Source: Thermodesulfobacteriota bacterium (GTDB lineage: Bacteria; Desulfobacterota; Desulfobulbia; Desulfobulbales; JBFMBH01). From it: a stretch of 64,000 nt of DNA. Position numbers and translations under genes: made by a program. Positions 29,581 through 39,600 of this stretch are shown in pieces. A model generated the notes under the pieces. It did no database searches. It was given only the letters and a program-made list of their open reading frames with translations, and had not been told where the DNA came from. Position 1 is the first letter of the stretch; every line of letters begins with the position of its first letter. The DNA lies in assembly GCA_040755095.1 (NCBI GenBank), contig JBFMBH010000006.1:1290-65289 (forward strand), given 5' to 3'.

Positions 29581-30927
29581 GTGTACGACGTCATCATCGT
29601 CGGCGCCGGCCCGGCCGGCATCTTCACCGCCCTGACCCTGGCCGAGCTTGGCGGCGGCCGGATCCTCCTTCTGGAGCAAGGCCCGGATATCCATGAGCGC
29701 CAGCGGGGAGCGGACTGCGGCATCCTGTGCGGCTGGGGGGGCGCCGGCGCCTATTCCGACGGCAAGCTCACCCTGTCGCCGGCCCTGGGCGGCTCCCTGG
29801 CCGATCTGGTGCCGCCGGACGCCCTGACCGCGCTGTTGGCCCAGGCCGACCGGCTCTATGTGGAGCACGGTGCTCCGGACCGGCTGTTCGGGGATCTCTC
29901 GCCAGCCATCGAGGAACTGGGCGACCGGGCGCGGCTGGCTGGGCTGGAGCTCATCCCCTCCCGGATTCGCCACATCGGCACCGAAAACTGCCTGACGGTG
30001 CTGGGCCGGATGCGGCAGTCGGTGGGCGAATGGGTGGAGGTGCGCACCGGCTGTCCGGTGGCCAGACTGGTCGCCGAGGCCGGCTGCATCCAGGGCGTGG
30101 AGCTGGCCGATGGCGAGGTGCTGGGCAGCCGCTATGTGGTGGCGGCGCCGGGCCGGGCCGGTGCCGCCTGGATGAAGGCCCAGGCCCAGACCTTGGGCAT
30201 CCCCACGGCGGCCGGGCCGGTGGATATCGGCGTGCGGGTGGAGCTGCCGGCCGTGGTCCTGAAGGCCCTTACCGACCTCAGCCACGAGGTGAAGCTCGTC
30301 TATCACTCCAAGCGCTTCGATGACCGGGTGCGGACCTTTTGCATGAACCCGTACGGCGAGGTGGTGCAGGAGGCCAGTGCCGGGCTCGTCACCGTCAACG
30401 GCCACGCCTTTGCCGATCGCCGCAGCCCCAACACCAACTTCGCGATCCTGGTCTCCAGCGCCTTCACCGAGCCCTTCCGGGAGCCCATCGTCTACGGCCA
30501 GGACATCGCCCACCTGGCCAACCTCCTGGGCAACGGGGTCATTGTCCAGCGCCTGGCCGATCTGCTGGCCGGCCGCCGCTCCACCCGGGCGCGGCTTTCC
30601 CGGTCGCTCACCCGCCCCACCCTGGCCTCCGCTACCCCCGGCGACCTCTCCTTCGTCTTCCCCTACCGCCACCTGGCCAACATCATGGAGATGCTGGAGG
30701 CCATGGACCAGCTGGCCCCCGGCGTCTACTCCCGCCACACCCTCCTCTACGGCGTCGAGGTCAAGTTCTACTCCAACCGCCTGAGCTTGAGCCCGGAACT
30801 GGAAACGCCGGTGGCCAATCTCTTCGCGGTGGGCGACGGCGCCGGCCTCACCCGGGGCCTCATCCAGGCCTCCGCCTCCGGCATCCTGGCCGGCCGCGCC
30901 ATCGCCAGGCGCCTGGCGGAAGGCTGA
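29581..30927 (+). CDS. FAD-dependent oxidoreductase
   Basis: GTG start; VIIVGAGPAGIFTALTLAELGGGRILLLEQG; C-terminal NLFAVGDGAGLTRGLIQASASGILAGRAIARRL. Confidence 0.9.
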   Translation: MYDVIIVGAGPAGIFTALTLAELGGGRILLLEQGPDIHERQRGADCGILCGWGGAGAYSDGKLTLSPALGGSLADLVPPDALTALLAQADRLYVEHGAPDRLFGDLSPAIEELGDRARLAGLELIPSRIRHIGTENCLTVLGRMRQSVGEWVEVRTGCPVARLVAEAGCIQGVELADGEVLGSRYVVAAPGRAGAAWMKAQAQTLGIPTAAGPVDIGVRVELPAVVLKALTDLSHEVKLVYHSKRFDDRVRTFCMNPYGEVVQEASAGLVTVNGHAFADRRSPNTNFAILVSSAFTEPFREPIVYGQDIAHLANLLGNGVIVQRLADLLAGRRSTRARLSRSLTRPTLASATPGDLSFVFPYRHLANIMEMLEAMDQLAPGVYSRHTLLYGVEVKFYSNRLSLSPELETPVANLFAVGDGAGLTRGLIQASASGILAGRAIARRLAEG

Positions 30928-31081
30928 CCACCGCCGCCAACGGCCTTGCTCCTAACCACGGCCTGCTGCGGCATTCTTTATGGTTGACACCCTTCCCAGG
31001 CGCCGAATAGTCTTCCCACGTGGAGCAGCCACTCGTGTCAAGGCTCCGAACCGTCCCTCAATGAGGGTGCGCAGACCCGCC

Positions 31082-31375
31082 ATGCTCCCCCCACCCCCAG
31101 ACCTCCTCGCCGCCTACTGCCAGCGGCACCACATCCGCCGACTGTCCCTGCTCGGCTCCCGTAGCAAAGGCTCGGCTCGGACCGACAGCGACCTGGATCT
31201 CCTGGTGGAGTTCGAGGTTGACCAGGAGCCTGGGCTGATCGGCCTGGCGGGGATGGGGCTGGAACTGGCCGACCTGCTGGGTGGGCCCCGGGTCGATCTA
31301 CCTACCCCTGAGGACCTTAGCCGGTATTTCCGGGCAGACGTCCTGAAACAGGCGGAAGTGTGGTATGAGGCCTGA
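31082..31375 (+). CDS. MntA-like nucleotidyltransferase (antitoxin-type)
   Basis: LLGSRSKGSARTDSDLDLLVEF matches GSX10DXD minimal nucleotidyltransferase motif. Overlaps the HepT-like ORF by 11 nt. Confidence 0.82.
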   Translation: MLPPPPDLLAAYCQRHHIRRLSLLGSRSKGSARTDSDLDLLVEFEVDQEPGLIGLAGMGLELADLLGGPRVDLPTPEDLSRYFRADVLKQAEVWYEA

Positions 31376-31562
31376 GGACCGCGCCCGACTCCAGCACATG
31401 GTCGAAGCCATGGAGGACGCCGTTCGCTTTGTTCAGGGACGGCGGACGATCACCGAAGAGATTCCCTGCCTGCTCCCCGCGCTGCGTGCCGCACTGGCCC
31501 TGGACCAACCAGCCGGGGAAACGGATCCTCCTGGCAATCCTGGGGAGAGGCTCTTGGGGTGA
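31365..31562 (+). pseudogene. Truncated HepT-like toxin gene
   Basis: N-terminus MRPEDRARLQHMVEAMEDAVRFVQGRR looks HepT-like, then diverges to a short Pro/Gly-rich tail; the RX4-6H region expected near the C-terminus is absent. Confidence 0.55.
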
Positions 31563-31635
31563 GGGCAGCGCGCCGCCCAGCGGTACCAGGAGAAGGAGGC
31601 AAGCCAGGGGGACGCCGTGGCGGGTTGCGAAGCCG

Positions 31636-31911
31636 TCATGTCTGACGATGATAGATCTCCCGGCGATGGCCGACGGCCAGGGCCAGAACCACGAGCCGCT
31701 CTTCCTGAATTTCGCAGATGATCCGGAAATCTCCTACCCGGTAGCGCCACAAGCCGGCCAAATCTCCACGCAACGGCTCACCGAAGTGCCTGGGGTTCTT
31801 GCACCCTTCAATGCGATCATCCAGCCAGTCCAGAAGGCGCTGTTGGACCGGATGGTCGAGCTTGCGCAGTTGTTTTTCAGCAAAACTGCTGATCTCAACC
31901 GTCCAGGCCAA
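31636..31911 (-). CDS. RelE/ParE superfamily toxin
   Basis: EISSFAEKQLRKLDHPVQQRLLDWLDDRI...FGEPLRGDLAGLWRYRVGDFRIICEIQEERLVVLALAVGHRREIY. Confidence 0.92.
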   Translation of the reverse strand: MAWTVEISSFAEKQLRKLDHPVQQRLLDWLDDRIEGCKNPRHFGEPLRGDLAGLWRYRVGDFRIICEIQEERLVVLALAVGHRREIYHRQT

Positions 31912-32107
31912 GCTCTTTCCTCAAATCCCGCAAGCTTCTGCTGCCGCTGCTTTCGGCGATTGCCCGCCTGGCCAGCTCAAGGTCCTCGTTGTCCTCAAGA
32001 TAACGGACAATCGCTTCACGAACCACGGCACTGCGGTTGCGGCCCTTGGCTCTGGCCAACAGGTCGAGCTCTTGTTCAAGCTCCTTTTCCAATCGGATTG
32101 CCAACAT
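31895..32107 (-). CDS. Ribbon-helix-helix antitoxin
   Basis: MLAIRLEKELEQELDLLARAKGRNRSAVVREAIVRYLEDNEDLELA; AGGAGG SD upstream; 17-nt overlap with toxin gene. Confidence 0.9.
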   Translation of the reverse strand: MLAIRLEKELEQELDLLARAKGRNRSAVVREAIVRYLEDNEDLELARRAIAESSGSRSLRDLRKELGLDG

Positions 32108-32138
32108 GGAAGATCCTCCTGGCAAATATGTATTACAG

Positions 32139-32166
32139 GGTATAACCCGGAGGCTGAGTTTGTCAA
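32139..32166 (-). promoter_or_regulatory. Candidate promoter of the RelE/RHH operon
   Basis: Minus strand TTGACA-N16-TATACC, followed by AT-rich CTGTAATACATATTTG and the AGGAGG SD. Confidence 0.5.
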
Positions 32167-32556
32167 TCGGACGAGGGGCCTGCCTCCCAATGCCGTTGAC
32201 TGAAGGTGAGGCCTCTTGGGCGCCCTTTCTCCCCCATTTAGCAGGGGAAGACGGGCGAGCGCGCCACTTGCCCCGCTCGATTGCCCAACCCTGCCAGAAC
32301 CACCGGCGGGTGTCGAGGTGGTGCGGCCGGCCCGGGCATTGCTGCGGAACGGCTCCCTGATCCGTCCCTCGCGCCGGAGCACGTCGGCCGTATGGGGAGA
32401 TGCCGGACAGGCCCGTGCCCGGCAGGGCGTTGGAGCTGTGGCAGGTGACGCCGCGGCTCGGCCGAACGGACGAGCGGAAAGCCGAGGGGAAGAAGCCCCC
32501 CCCGATGCGGGGCCGGCCGGGGGGAGGCGGGAAGAACGGGCAGGGAGAAGCCGGCC

Positions 32557-34017
32557 TCAGGCCGGCGGACAGAAGGACGCGGCCTGGGCCCGCAGCTGGG
32601 CCAGGAGCCGTTGGTGGATGTTGTCGAAGCCGCCGTTGGAGAGAATGGCCACCAGGTCACCTGGCCGGAGCGTGGTGCCCAGATCGGCGAGGATGGCGCC
32701 GGTATCGGCGAAGCTCGCCGCCTGCTGGCCGGCGGCGGCCAGATCGGCGGCCAGGCGGGCCGAGGAGAAGCGCTCGCTGGCCGGCAGGCCGTCCATCGGC
32801 AGCGGCTCCCGGAGGAGAACCCGGTCGGCATCGCCGAAGGCAGCGGCATACTCGGCCTGGAAGATGTTGCGGCGGCTGGTGTTGGTGCGGGGCTCGAAGA
32901 CCACCACCAGGCGCCGGCCCGGGTAAGCCTGGCGCAGGCCGGCCAGGGTGACCCGCACCGCGGTGGGATGATGAGCGAAATCGTCGATCACCGTCACCCC
33001 GGCCTCGGTGCCCCGCACCTCCTGGCGCCGCCGCACCCCGGCAAAGCTGGCCAGGCCGGCGGCAATGGCCTCAGGCGCCAGGCCGAGCCGGTGCAGGACC
33101 GCGATCACCGCCAGGGCGTTGGCGGCGTTGTGGCGACCGGGCATGGGCAGGACAAAGGTGCCGTACGCCTGTCCCCGGTGCTCCACCGCAAAGCGGCTGC
33201 CGGTGCCCTGGGGCTCCACCGCGGCCAGTCGCCAATCGTTGGCCGGCCCTTCTCCGTAGAGCTCCACCGGACAGAGAGCGCCAGCCGCCACGGCCCGCAC
33301 CTTGGGGTCATCCCCCCAGGCCACCAGGCCACCGTCCGCCGGCAGGATGCCCACCAGCCGCCGGAAGGCGGCCTCCACCGCCGCCAGGTCGGCGTAGATG
33401 TCGGCGTGATCGAATTCGATGCTGGTGAGGATGGCAATCCCGGGCCGGTAATGGAGGAACTTCGGCCCCTTGTCGAAGAAGGCGGTGTCGTACTCGTCCC
33501 CTTCCACCACAAAATACTGGCCGCCCCCCAGGGCGTGGTTGGCGCCGAAGCCTTGCACCAGGCCACCGATGAGAAAGCCGGGCGTAAGCCCAGCATGGTG
33601 CAGAACCGAGGCCAGAAGCGACGAGGTCGTGGTCTTGCCGTGGGTGCCGGCCACCACCAGGGATCTGGCACCCGCCAGGAAAAAATGGCCCAGGGCCTGG
33701 GGCATGGACAGATAAGGAACAGCCAGTGCGGCCAGGGCCTGCGCCTCCGGGTTGGTGGCGCGGATGACATTGCCCACCACCACCAGGTCGGGCCGGGGAT
33801 CGAGGTTGGCGGCCCGGTAGCCCTCGGCCACCGGAATGCCCTTTTCCGCCAGAAAGAGGCTCATGGGCGGGTAGGTGGCGGTATCGGAGCCGGTGACCAC
33901 AAAGCCGGCCTCTTGAAGAAGACCGGCCAGGGCGGCCATGCCGGTGCCGCAGATGCCCATCACATGGATGTGCCGGATGCCGTCCGGCACCCGGTTCAGC
34001 TCCGGGGCAAGGGTCAC
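32557..34017 (-). CDS. mpl: UDP-N-acetylmuramate:L-alanyl-gamma-D-glutamyl-meso-diaminopimelate ligase (murein tripeptide ligase)
   Basis: IRHIHVMGICGTGMAALAGLLQEAGFVVTGSD..., VVAGTHGKTTTSSLLASVL, GDEYDTAFFDKGPKFLHYRP, DFAHHPTAVRVTLAGLR. Trimmed to GTG 34017. Confidence 0.92.
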   Translation of the reverse strand: MTLAPELNRVPDGIRHIHVMGICGTGMAALAGLLQEAGFVVTGSDTATYPPMSLFLAEKGIPVAEGYRAANLDPRPDLVVVGNVIRATNPEAQALAALAVPYLSMPQALGHFFLAGARSLVVAGTHGKTTTSSLLASVLHHAGLTPGFLIGGLVQGFGANHALGGGQYFVVEGDEYDTAFFDKGPKFLHYRPGIAILTSIEFDHADIYADLAAVEAAFRRLVGILPADGGLVAWGDDPKVRAVAAGALCPVELYGEGPANDWRLAAVEPQGTGSRFAVEHRGQAYGTFVLPMPGRHNAANALAVIAVLHRLGLAPEAIAAGLASFAGVRRRQEVRGTEAGVTVIDDFAHHPTAVRVTLAGLRQAYPGRRLVVVFEPRTNTSRRNIFQAEYAAAFGDADRVLLREPLPMDGLPASERFSSARLAADLAAAGQQAASFADTGAILADLGTTLRPGDLVAILSNGGFDNIHQRLLAQLRAQAASFCPPA

Positions 34018-34217
34018 GGCTGGCGGGAAGCGCGGACGGCGGAGGCCACCGTCTCGTAGACGCTGCGGAAGGTCTCGTCGAAGTTGGGGGGGGACAGGCG
34101 GCCCACCTCGATGAACTTGACAACGATCTCCTTGGCCACCTTGAGGATGGCCTCCTCGGAGACCGGCTTGGCTGCCGGCTCCTGGCCGGGGACCACGATC
34201 TTGGCAGGCTGGGTCAT
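34014..34217 (-). CDS. Small conserved-type hypothetical protein coupled to mpl (67 aa)
   Basis: MTQPAKIVVPGQEPAAKPVSEEAILKVAKEIVVKFIEVGRLSPPNFDETFRSVYETVASAVRASRQP; stop overlaps mpl start (GTGA). Confidence 0.65.
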   Translation of the reverse strand: MTQPAKIVVPGQEPAAKPVSEEAILKVAKEIVVKFIEVGRLSPPNFDETFRSVYETVASAVRASRQP

Positions 34218-34773
34218 CACGAGCACAGCTCCGGGGCCAAAGCCCGCAGGGGTGACCAGAGGGAAGCCTCTGCTGGGGGAAGAAGGCCGTGGCTGGACTA
34301 CCAGCAGAGGCTTCTGCCGACAGAAAAAACCGGTGACGGCCCTCCCTGAGGCAGGGCCAATATACCCGGTTGCCAGGGCCGGCACAAGCCGAGGAGCGGC
34401 CCGGCGTTGGGCCCGTCAGGGGGGCGGGCAATTCCGCCGCACCGCCTGGTCGTACAGCCATGGCAGCTTGAGCAGGGCGAAGGAAGCTGAGGTTGGGATG
34501 GCGGATGCGCTCCACCAGAATGAACACCGCAATCTCGGCCGGCAGCGGTTCCCCAGGCCGGCCCGCCATGGCCTGGCGTTGGCGAGCAGCCAGGTGGGCG
34601 GGATGGCTCCTCTACCCCCGTGGTGCCAGGGCGCATCGCTGTTATGCCACAGACGGTCCGGACTGCCGGGACCAGGCGCCGGCGAACCTGCCTTGTGGAT
34701 TCCCCGGTCCTGGACTACCATGACACCAGGGAGCTGCGCCCCCGCTGTCCCTGATCCCAGGAGCCCTTGGCCC

Positions 34774-37260
34774 ATGGCCCTGCCTTTGCGCGTGCTCATC
34801 ATCGATCAGTCGCCGGAGGAGGCGGCCTTGCTGGTGGAAAGGCTCACCGCCGGCGGCTTCGACGTGGATTGGCGGCTCGCCGCGACCGCCACCGCCGTGA
34901 CCGAGGCCCTGGAGGAGGAGCGGCCCTGGGAGCTCATGCTGGTGGACTGCGCCTTTGCCGGCTCCCCCTGGCGCTATGCCTTGGCCCTGCTCCGGAAGCG
35001 GCGGCTGGATCTGCCAGCCATCGCGGTGGCCCGGCGGGCGGACGAGGGCACGGTGACTGCCAGCATGCGGGCCGGGGCCCGGGACTTCGTGGCCAAGGAC
35101 CGGCTCGGCCGGCTGCTGCCGGCCGTGCGCCGGGAGATCCAGGAGGCCACGGGCCGGCGGGCCAAGGGCCTGGCCGAAGAGGAGCTCCGGCGCAGCCACC
35201 AGGCCCAGATAGTGTTGAACCGCCTCCTGCATCTGGCCCTGGAGGACGCCCCCCTGGAGAAGTGCCTGGCGCAGCTGATCGCGGCCCTGACCGCCTTCCC
35301 CTGGCTGGCCCTGGAGCCCCGGGGTGCCATCTTCCTCAAGGATGAGGCGTCCCCGACCCTGGTCATGAAGGCGCAGTGCGGCCTGGCGCCGCCCCTCGTG
35401 TCCCGGTGCGATCGGCTGCCCTTCGATCGGTGCCTGTGCGGCCGGGCCGCGGCCAGCCGCGAGGTGATCTTCACCGACGACCTCGACCAGCAGCACGAGA
35501 TCGCCTACCCGGGCATCCACCCCCACGGCCATTACTGCGTGCCGATTCTGGCCCGGGACCGGTCGCTCCTCGGCGTCTTCACCGTGTACACCGAGGCCGG
35601 CGCCCGCCGGGACCGCCGGGTGGAAGAGACCCTCCTGGCGGCGGCCAGCGTCGTGGCCGAGGTGATCAGCCGCAAGCGCACCGAGGCGGCCCTGGCCGCC
35701 AGCGAGGAGCGCTACCGGATCCTGGTGGAGAACATCGACCTGGGCATCACCCTGATCGATCCCCAGCACCGGATCGTCATGACCAATGCCGCCCAGGGCC
35801 GGCTGTTCGGCCGGGATGCCCGCTCGTTCGTGGGCCAGCCCTGCCATGAGGCCTTCGAGAGCCGGCCGACGGTCTGCGACGGCTGCCCCGGCACAGCGGC
35901 CATGACCTCCGGCGAGCCGCAGGAGGCGGAGCGGGAAGGGGTGCGGCCGGATGGCAGCCGTGTTGCCGTGCGGATCCGGGCCTTTCCGGTCATCGACCCA
36001 GGGGGTCGGCCCACCGGCTTCATCGAGGTGGTGGAGGATCTCAGCCGGGCCCGGCAGCTGGAGACCGAGCAGGCGGCCCTGGAGGCCCGGCTGCGCCAGG
36101 CCCAGAAGATGGAGGCCATCGGCACCCTGGCCGGCGGCATCGCCCACGACTTCAACAACATCCTGTCGGCCATTCTCGGCTACAGCGACCTGGCCCGCTC
36201 GGCCCTGCCCCAGGGCAGCCCGATCCGGGACGATGTGGAGCAGGTGGTGCAAGCCGGCCAGCGGGCCAAGGATCTCGTGCAGCAGATCCTCGCCTTCAGC
36301 CGCCAGGCCGAGGTGGAGCACAAGCCCTTGCAGATCCATCTGGTGGTCAAGGAGGTCTTGAAGCTGCTCCGCGCCATCATCCCCAGCACCATCACCCTGC
36401 GCCAGAACATCGAGGCCCGGGCCGGCACGGTGCTGGCCGATCCCGTCCAGATCCACCAGGTGCTCATGAACCTGTGCACCAACGCTTACCAGGCCATGCG
36501 GGAGAGAGGCGGCATCCTGGCCGTGGAGCTGAGTCGCGTCGATCTCCAAGCCCGCGCGACCCGCGGCGACCCCGAGCTGGCCCCCCGGCCGTACGTGCGC
36601 CTGCTCGTGACCGATTCCGGCCCGGGCATCGACGCCGCCATCATCGATCGGATCTTCGAGCCCTATTTCACCACCAAGGCCCAGGGCGAGGGCACCGGCC
36701 TGGGGCTGGCGGTCTCCCACGGCATCGTCACCAACCTGGGTGGCACGGTCACCGTGGCCAATGCACCGGAAGGGGGGGCCATCTTCACTGTTCTCCTGCC
36801 CCGGGTCGAGGAGGAGATCGGGGACGAGGGCCGGGACCATTTGGGATGCCCGGGCGGCCGGGAGCGGGTGCTGCTGGTGGATGACGAGCCGGCGGTCGCC
36901 GGCCTGGAAGGCAGGATCCTGGAACAGCTGGGCTATCAGGTGACGGTGCACACCAGAAGCGTTGCGGCCTTGGCCGCCTTCGAGGCCGCCCCGCAGCGTT
37001 TCGACTGCCTGCTCACCGATCAGACGATGCCGGGCTGCACCGGTCTCGACTTGGCCCGGCAGGTGCTGGCCCGCCGGCCAGGCCTGCCGGTGGTCCTGTG
37101 CACCGGCTTCAGCGAGGGCCTGGACCCGGGGCTGGTACGGCAGGCGGGCATCCGGACGGTGCTCCGCAAGCCGCTCCTGGCGCGGGAGCTGGGAGAGGCG
37201 CTCCGCCGGGTCCTGGATGAAGACAAGGAGCGCTACTCATCCTCCGGCGGGGTGCCGTGA
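34774..37260 (+). CDS. Hybrid sensor histidine kinase (REC-GAF-PAS-HisKA-HATPase-REC)
   Basis: MALPLRVLIIDQSPEEAAL; MEAIGTLAGGIAHDFNNILSAILGY; GEGTGLGLAVSHGIV; RVLLVDDEPAVAGLEGRIL...CLLTDQTMPGCTG...VLRKPL. Confidence 0.93.
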   Translation: MALPLRVLIIDQSPEEAALLVERLTAGGFDVDWRLAATATAVTEALEEERPWELMLVDCAFAGSPWRYALALLRKRRLDLPAIAVARRADEGTVTASMRAGARDFVAKDRLGRLLPAVRREIQEATGRRAKGLAEEELRRSHQAQIVLNRLLHLALEDAPLEKCLAQLIAALTAFPWLALEPRGAIFLKDEASPTLVMKAQCGLAPPLVSRCDRLPFDRCLCGRAAASREVIFTDDLDQQHEIAYPGIHPHGHYCVPILARDRSLLGVFTVYTEAGARRDRRVEETLLAAASVVAEVISRKRTEAALAASEERYRILVENIDLGITLIDPQHRIVMTNAAQGRLFGRDARSFVGQPCHEAFESRPTVCDGCPGTAAMTSGEPQEAEREGVRPDGSRVAVRIRAFPVIDPGGRPTGFIEVVEDLSRARQLETEQAALEARLRQAQKMEAIGTLAGGIAHDFNNILSAILGYSDLARSALPQGSPIRDDVEQVVQAGQRAKDLVQQILAFSRQAEVEHKPLQIHLVVKEVLKLLRAIIPSTITLRQNIEARAGTVLADPVQIHQVLMNLCTNAYQAMRERGGILAVELSRVDLQARATRGDPELAPRPYVRLLVTDSGPGIDAAIIDRIFEPYFTTKAQGEGTGLGLAVSHGIVTNLGGTVTVANAPEGGAIFTVLLPRVEEEIGDEGRDHLGCPGGRERVLLVDDEPAVAGLEGRILEQLGYQVTVHTRSVAALAAFEAAPQRFDCLLTDQTMPGCTGLDLARQVLARRPGLPVVLCTGFSEGLDPGLVRQAGIRTVLRKPLLARELGEALRRVLDEDKERYSSSGGVP

Positions 37261-37451
37261 AACTGCGGCGGCAGGGGCTGGGGACCGGGCACGATGCCGG
37301 CGATGTCCGGGTCCTCCCCGTCCTGTCGCGGCGTAGCCGTGGCTCGCCGCTCTTTGGCTTCCAGGCGGCGGGTCTCCTTGTCCTTCTGCTTCTCCCGCCT
37401 CGCCCTTTCCCGATCCCGCTTGTGGCTTAAGGGGCGCGTGCTCTTGGCCAT
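37233..37451 (-). CDS. Small basic hypothetical protein
   Basis: MAKSTRPLSHKRDRERARREKQKDKETRRLEAKERRATATP...; convergent overlap with kinase 3' end. Confidence 0.5.
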   Translation of the reverse strand: MAKSTRPLSHKRDRERARREKQKDKETRRLEAKERRATATPRQDGEDPDIAGIVPGPQPLPPQFHGTPPEDE

Positions 37452-37532
37452 GGGGTCCTCCTCGGCCCGGTTCAGCCCGGACCCACCCGTGGAGCGGCCG
37501 GCCAGCCGTCCAGGACTCCGGGCAAAAAAAGA

Positions 37533-37564
37533 GGGCTGTCTCCAGCCGCAGCTGGAGACAGCCC
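37533..37564 (-). terminator. Rho-independent terminator downstream of the cold-shock gene
   Basis: GGGCTGTCTCCAGC-CGCA-GCTGGAGACAGCCC with a T-tract on the minus strand (AAAAAAA at 37524-37530). Confidence 0.92.
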
Positions 37565-37596
37565 CACCTCGATGACGCGATCAAGGCCGGCTGTTC

Positions 37597-37809
37597 TCAG
37601 CGGCCCACTTTGACGACATTCTCCGCCGCCGGGCCCTTCTGGCCCTGGACGATGTCGAACTCCACTCGCTCGCCCTCGACCAAGGACCTGAAGCCCTCCG
37701 ACCGGATCGCCGAGTGATGGACGAAACAGTCCTTCTGCCCGCCATCCGGCGTGATGAACCCGAACCCCTTGCTGTCATTGAACCACTTCACGGTACCGGT
37801 GTTGCGCAT
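37597..37809 (-). CDS. Cold-shock domain protein
   Basis: [35 protein letters not shown] (RNP1/RNP2). Confidence 0.96.
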   Translation of the reverse strand: MRNTGTVKWFNDSKGFGFITPDGGQKDCFVHHSAIRSEGFRSLVEGERVEFDIVQGQKGPAAENVVKVGR

Positions 37810-37941
37810 TGCGATGCTCCCTTCTGCCTGCAGTGTTGTCGGGAAACAGCAAAAGGGGCCCGGTAATCTGCCCAGGTCCCCTTCTGTCAGCTCCCTGATG
37901 GCGCGGCACCCACCCGGGCGCCGCATATAGAACGTATCCTT

Positions 37942-38017
<76 letters not shown>

Positions 38018-38252
38018 ACGCGATCAACTCAAAGAACGACGGCAAACGAGCCGTGATTTTTACCATGGGGCCGGCGAGGTGTCAAGCCCTTTCCGAACCC
38101 GGTTGCCACCACCCTTGCCAAGCCCGGGCCAGTCTGGTAAGGTAGCGCCGTTTTGACAGTCTGCCCGCGGGCATCCGTTCGTCGCAGGGGGCGCGGCCCA
38201 GCGCCCTGCCGGCGGCGAGGCGGTGCCTCTCCGGCCACCCCCCTGGCAGTGA

Positions 38253-39365
<1,113 letters not shown>

Positions 39366-39412
39366 CGGGCATGACCGATCTCTCCTCTGAGCACGAAAGA
39401 ACAACGAACAGC

Positions 39413-39517
39413 GAATAGCGGACAAGGAATGTCCAACCGCAAAAAGGAACCGGCAGAACTGATCCGAAACGTCAACTGCCGATCCCTTCAACCTTCGAAA
39501 TTCCTTGTTGGATATTC
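39413..39517. repeat. Inverted pair of an about 24-bp motif between mreB and mreC
   Basis: Left GAATAGCGGACAAGGAATGTC (from 39413); right 39494-39517 reverse complement GAATATCCAACAAGGAATTTCGAA. Confidence 0.65.
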
Positions 39518-39600
39518 TGCAGTTCGTCTTTCACGGTAATCCACCCCTTGCCACCTTGTCGCCCGCCATCATCCACCGGGATCCGGCCGGCAGCTCCCGC

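Noticed and set aside
31429-32145. 238-aa plus-strand ORF across the RelE/RHH genes
   Set aside because: Antisense to a well-supported toxin-antitoxin pair.
34018-34569. N-terminal extension of mpl ORF, including ILVERIRHPNLSFLRPAQAAMAV
   Set aside because: Mpl homology begins at the GTG at 34017; the extension overlaps the coupled 67-aa gene in another frame.
34084-34773. N-terminal extension of the 1058-aa hybrid kinase ORF
   Set aside because: Homology-like sequence begins at MALPLRVLIIDQSPEEAAL (34774); upstream part has non-coding composition and overlaps the divergent gene.
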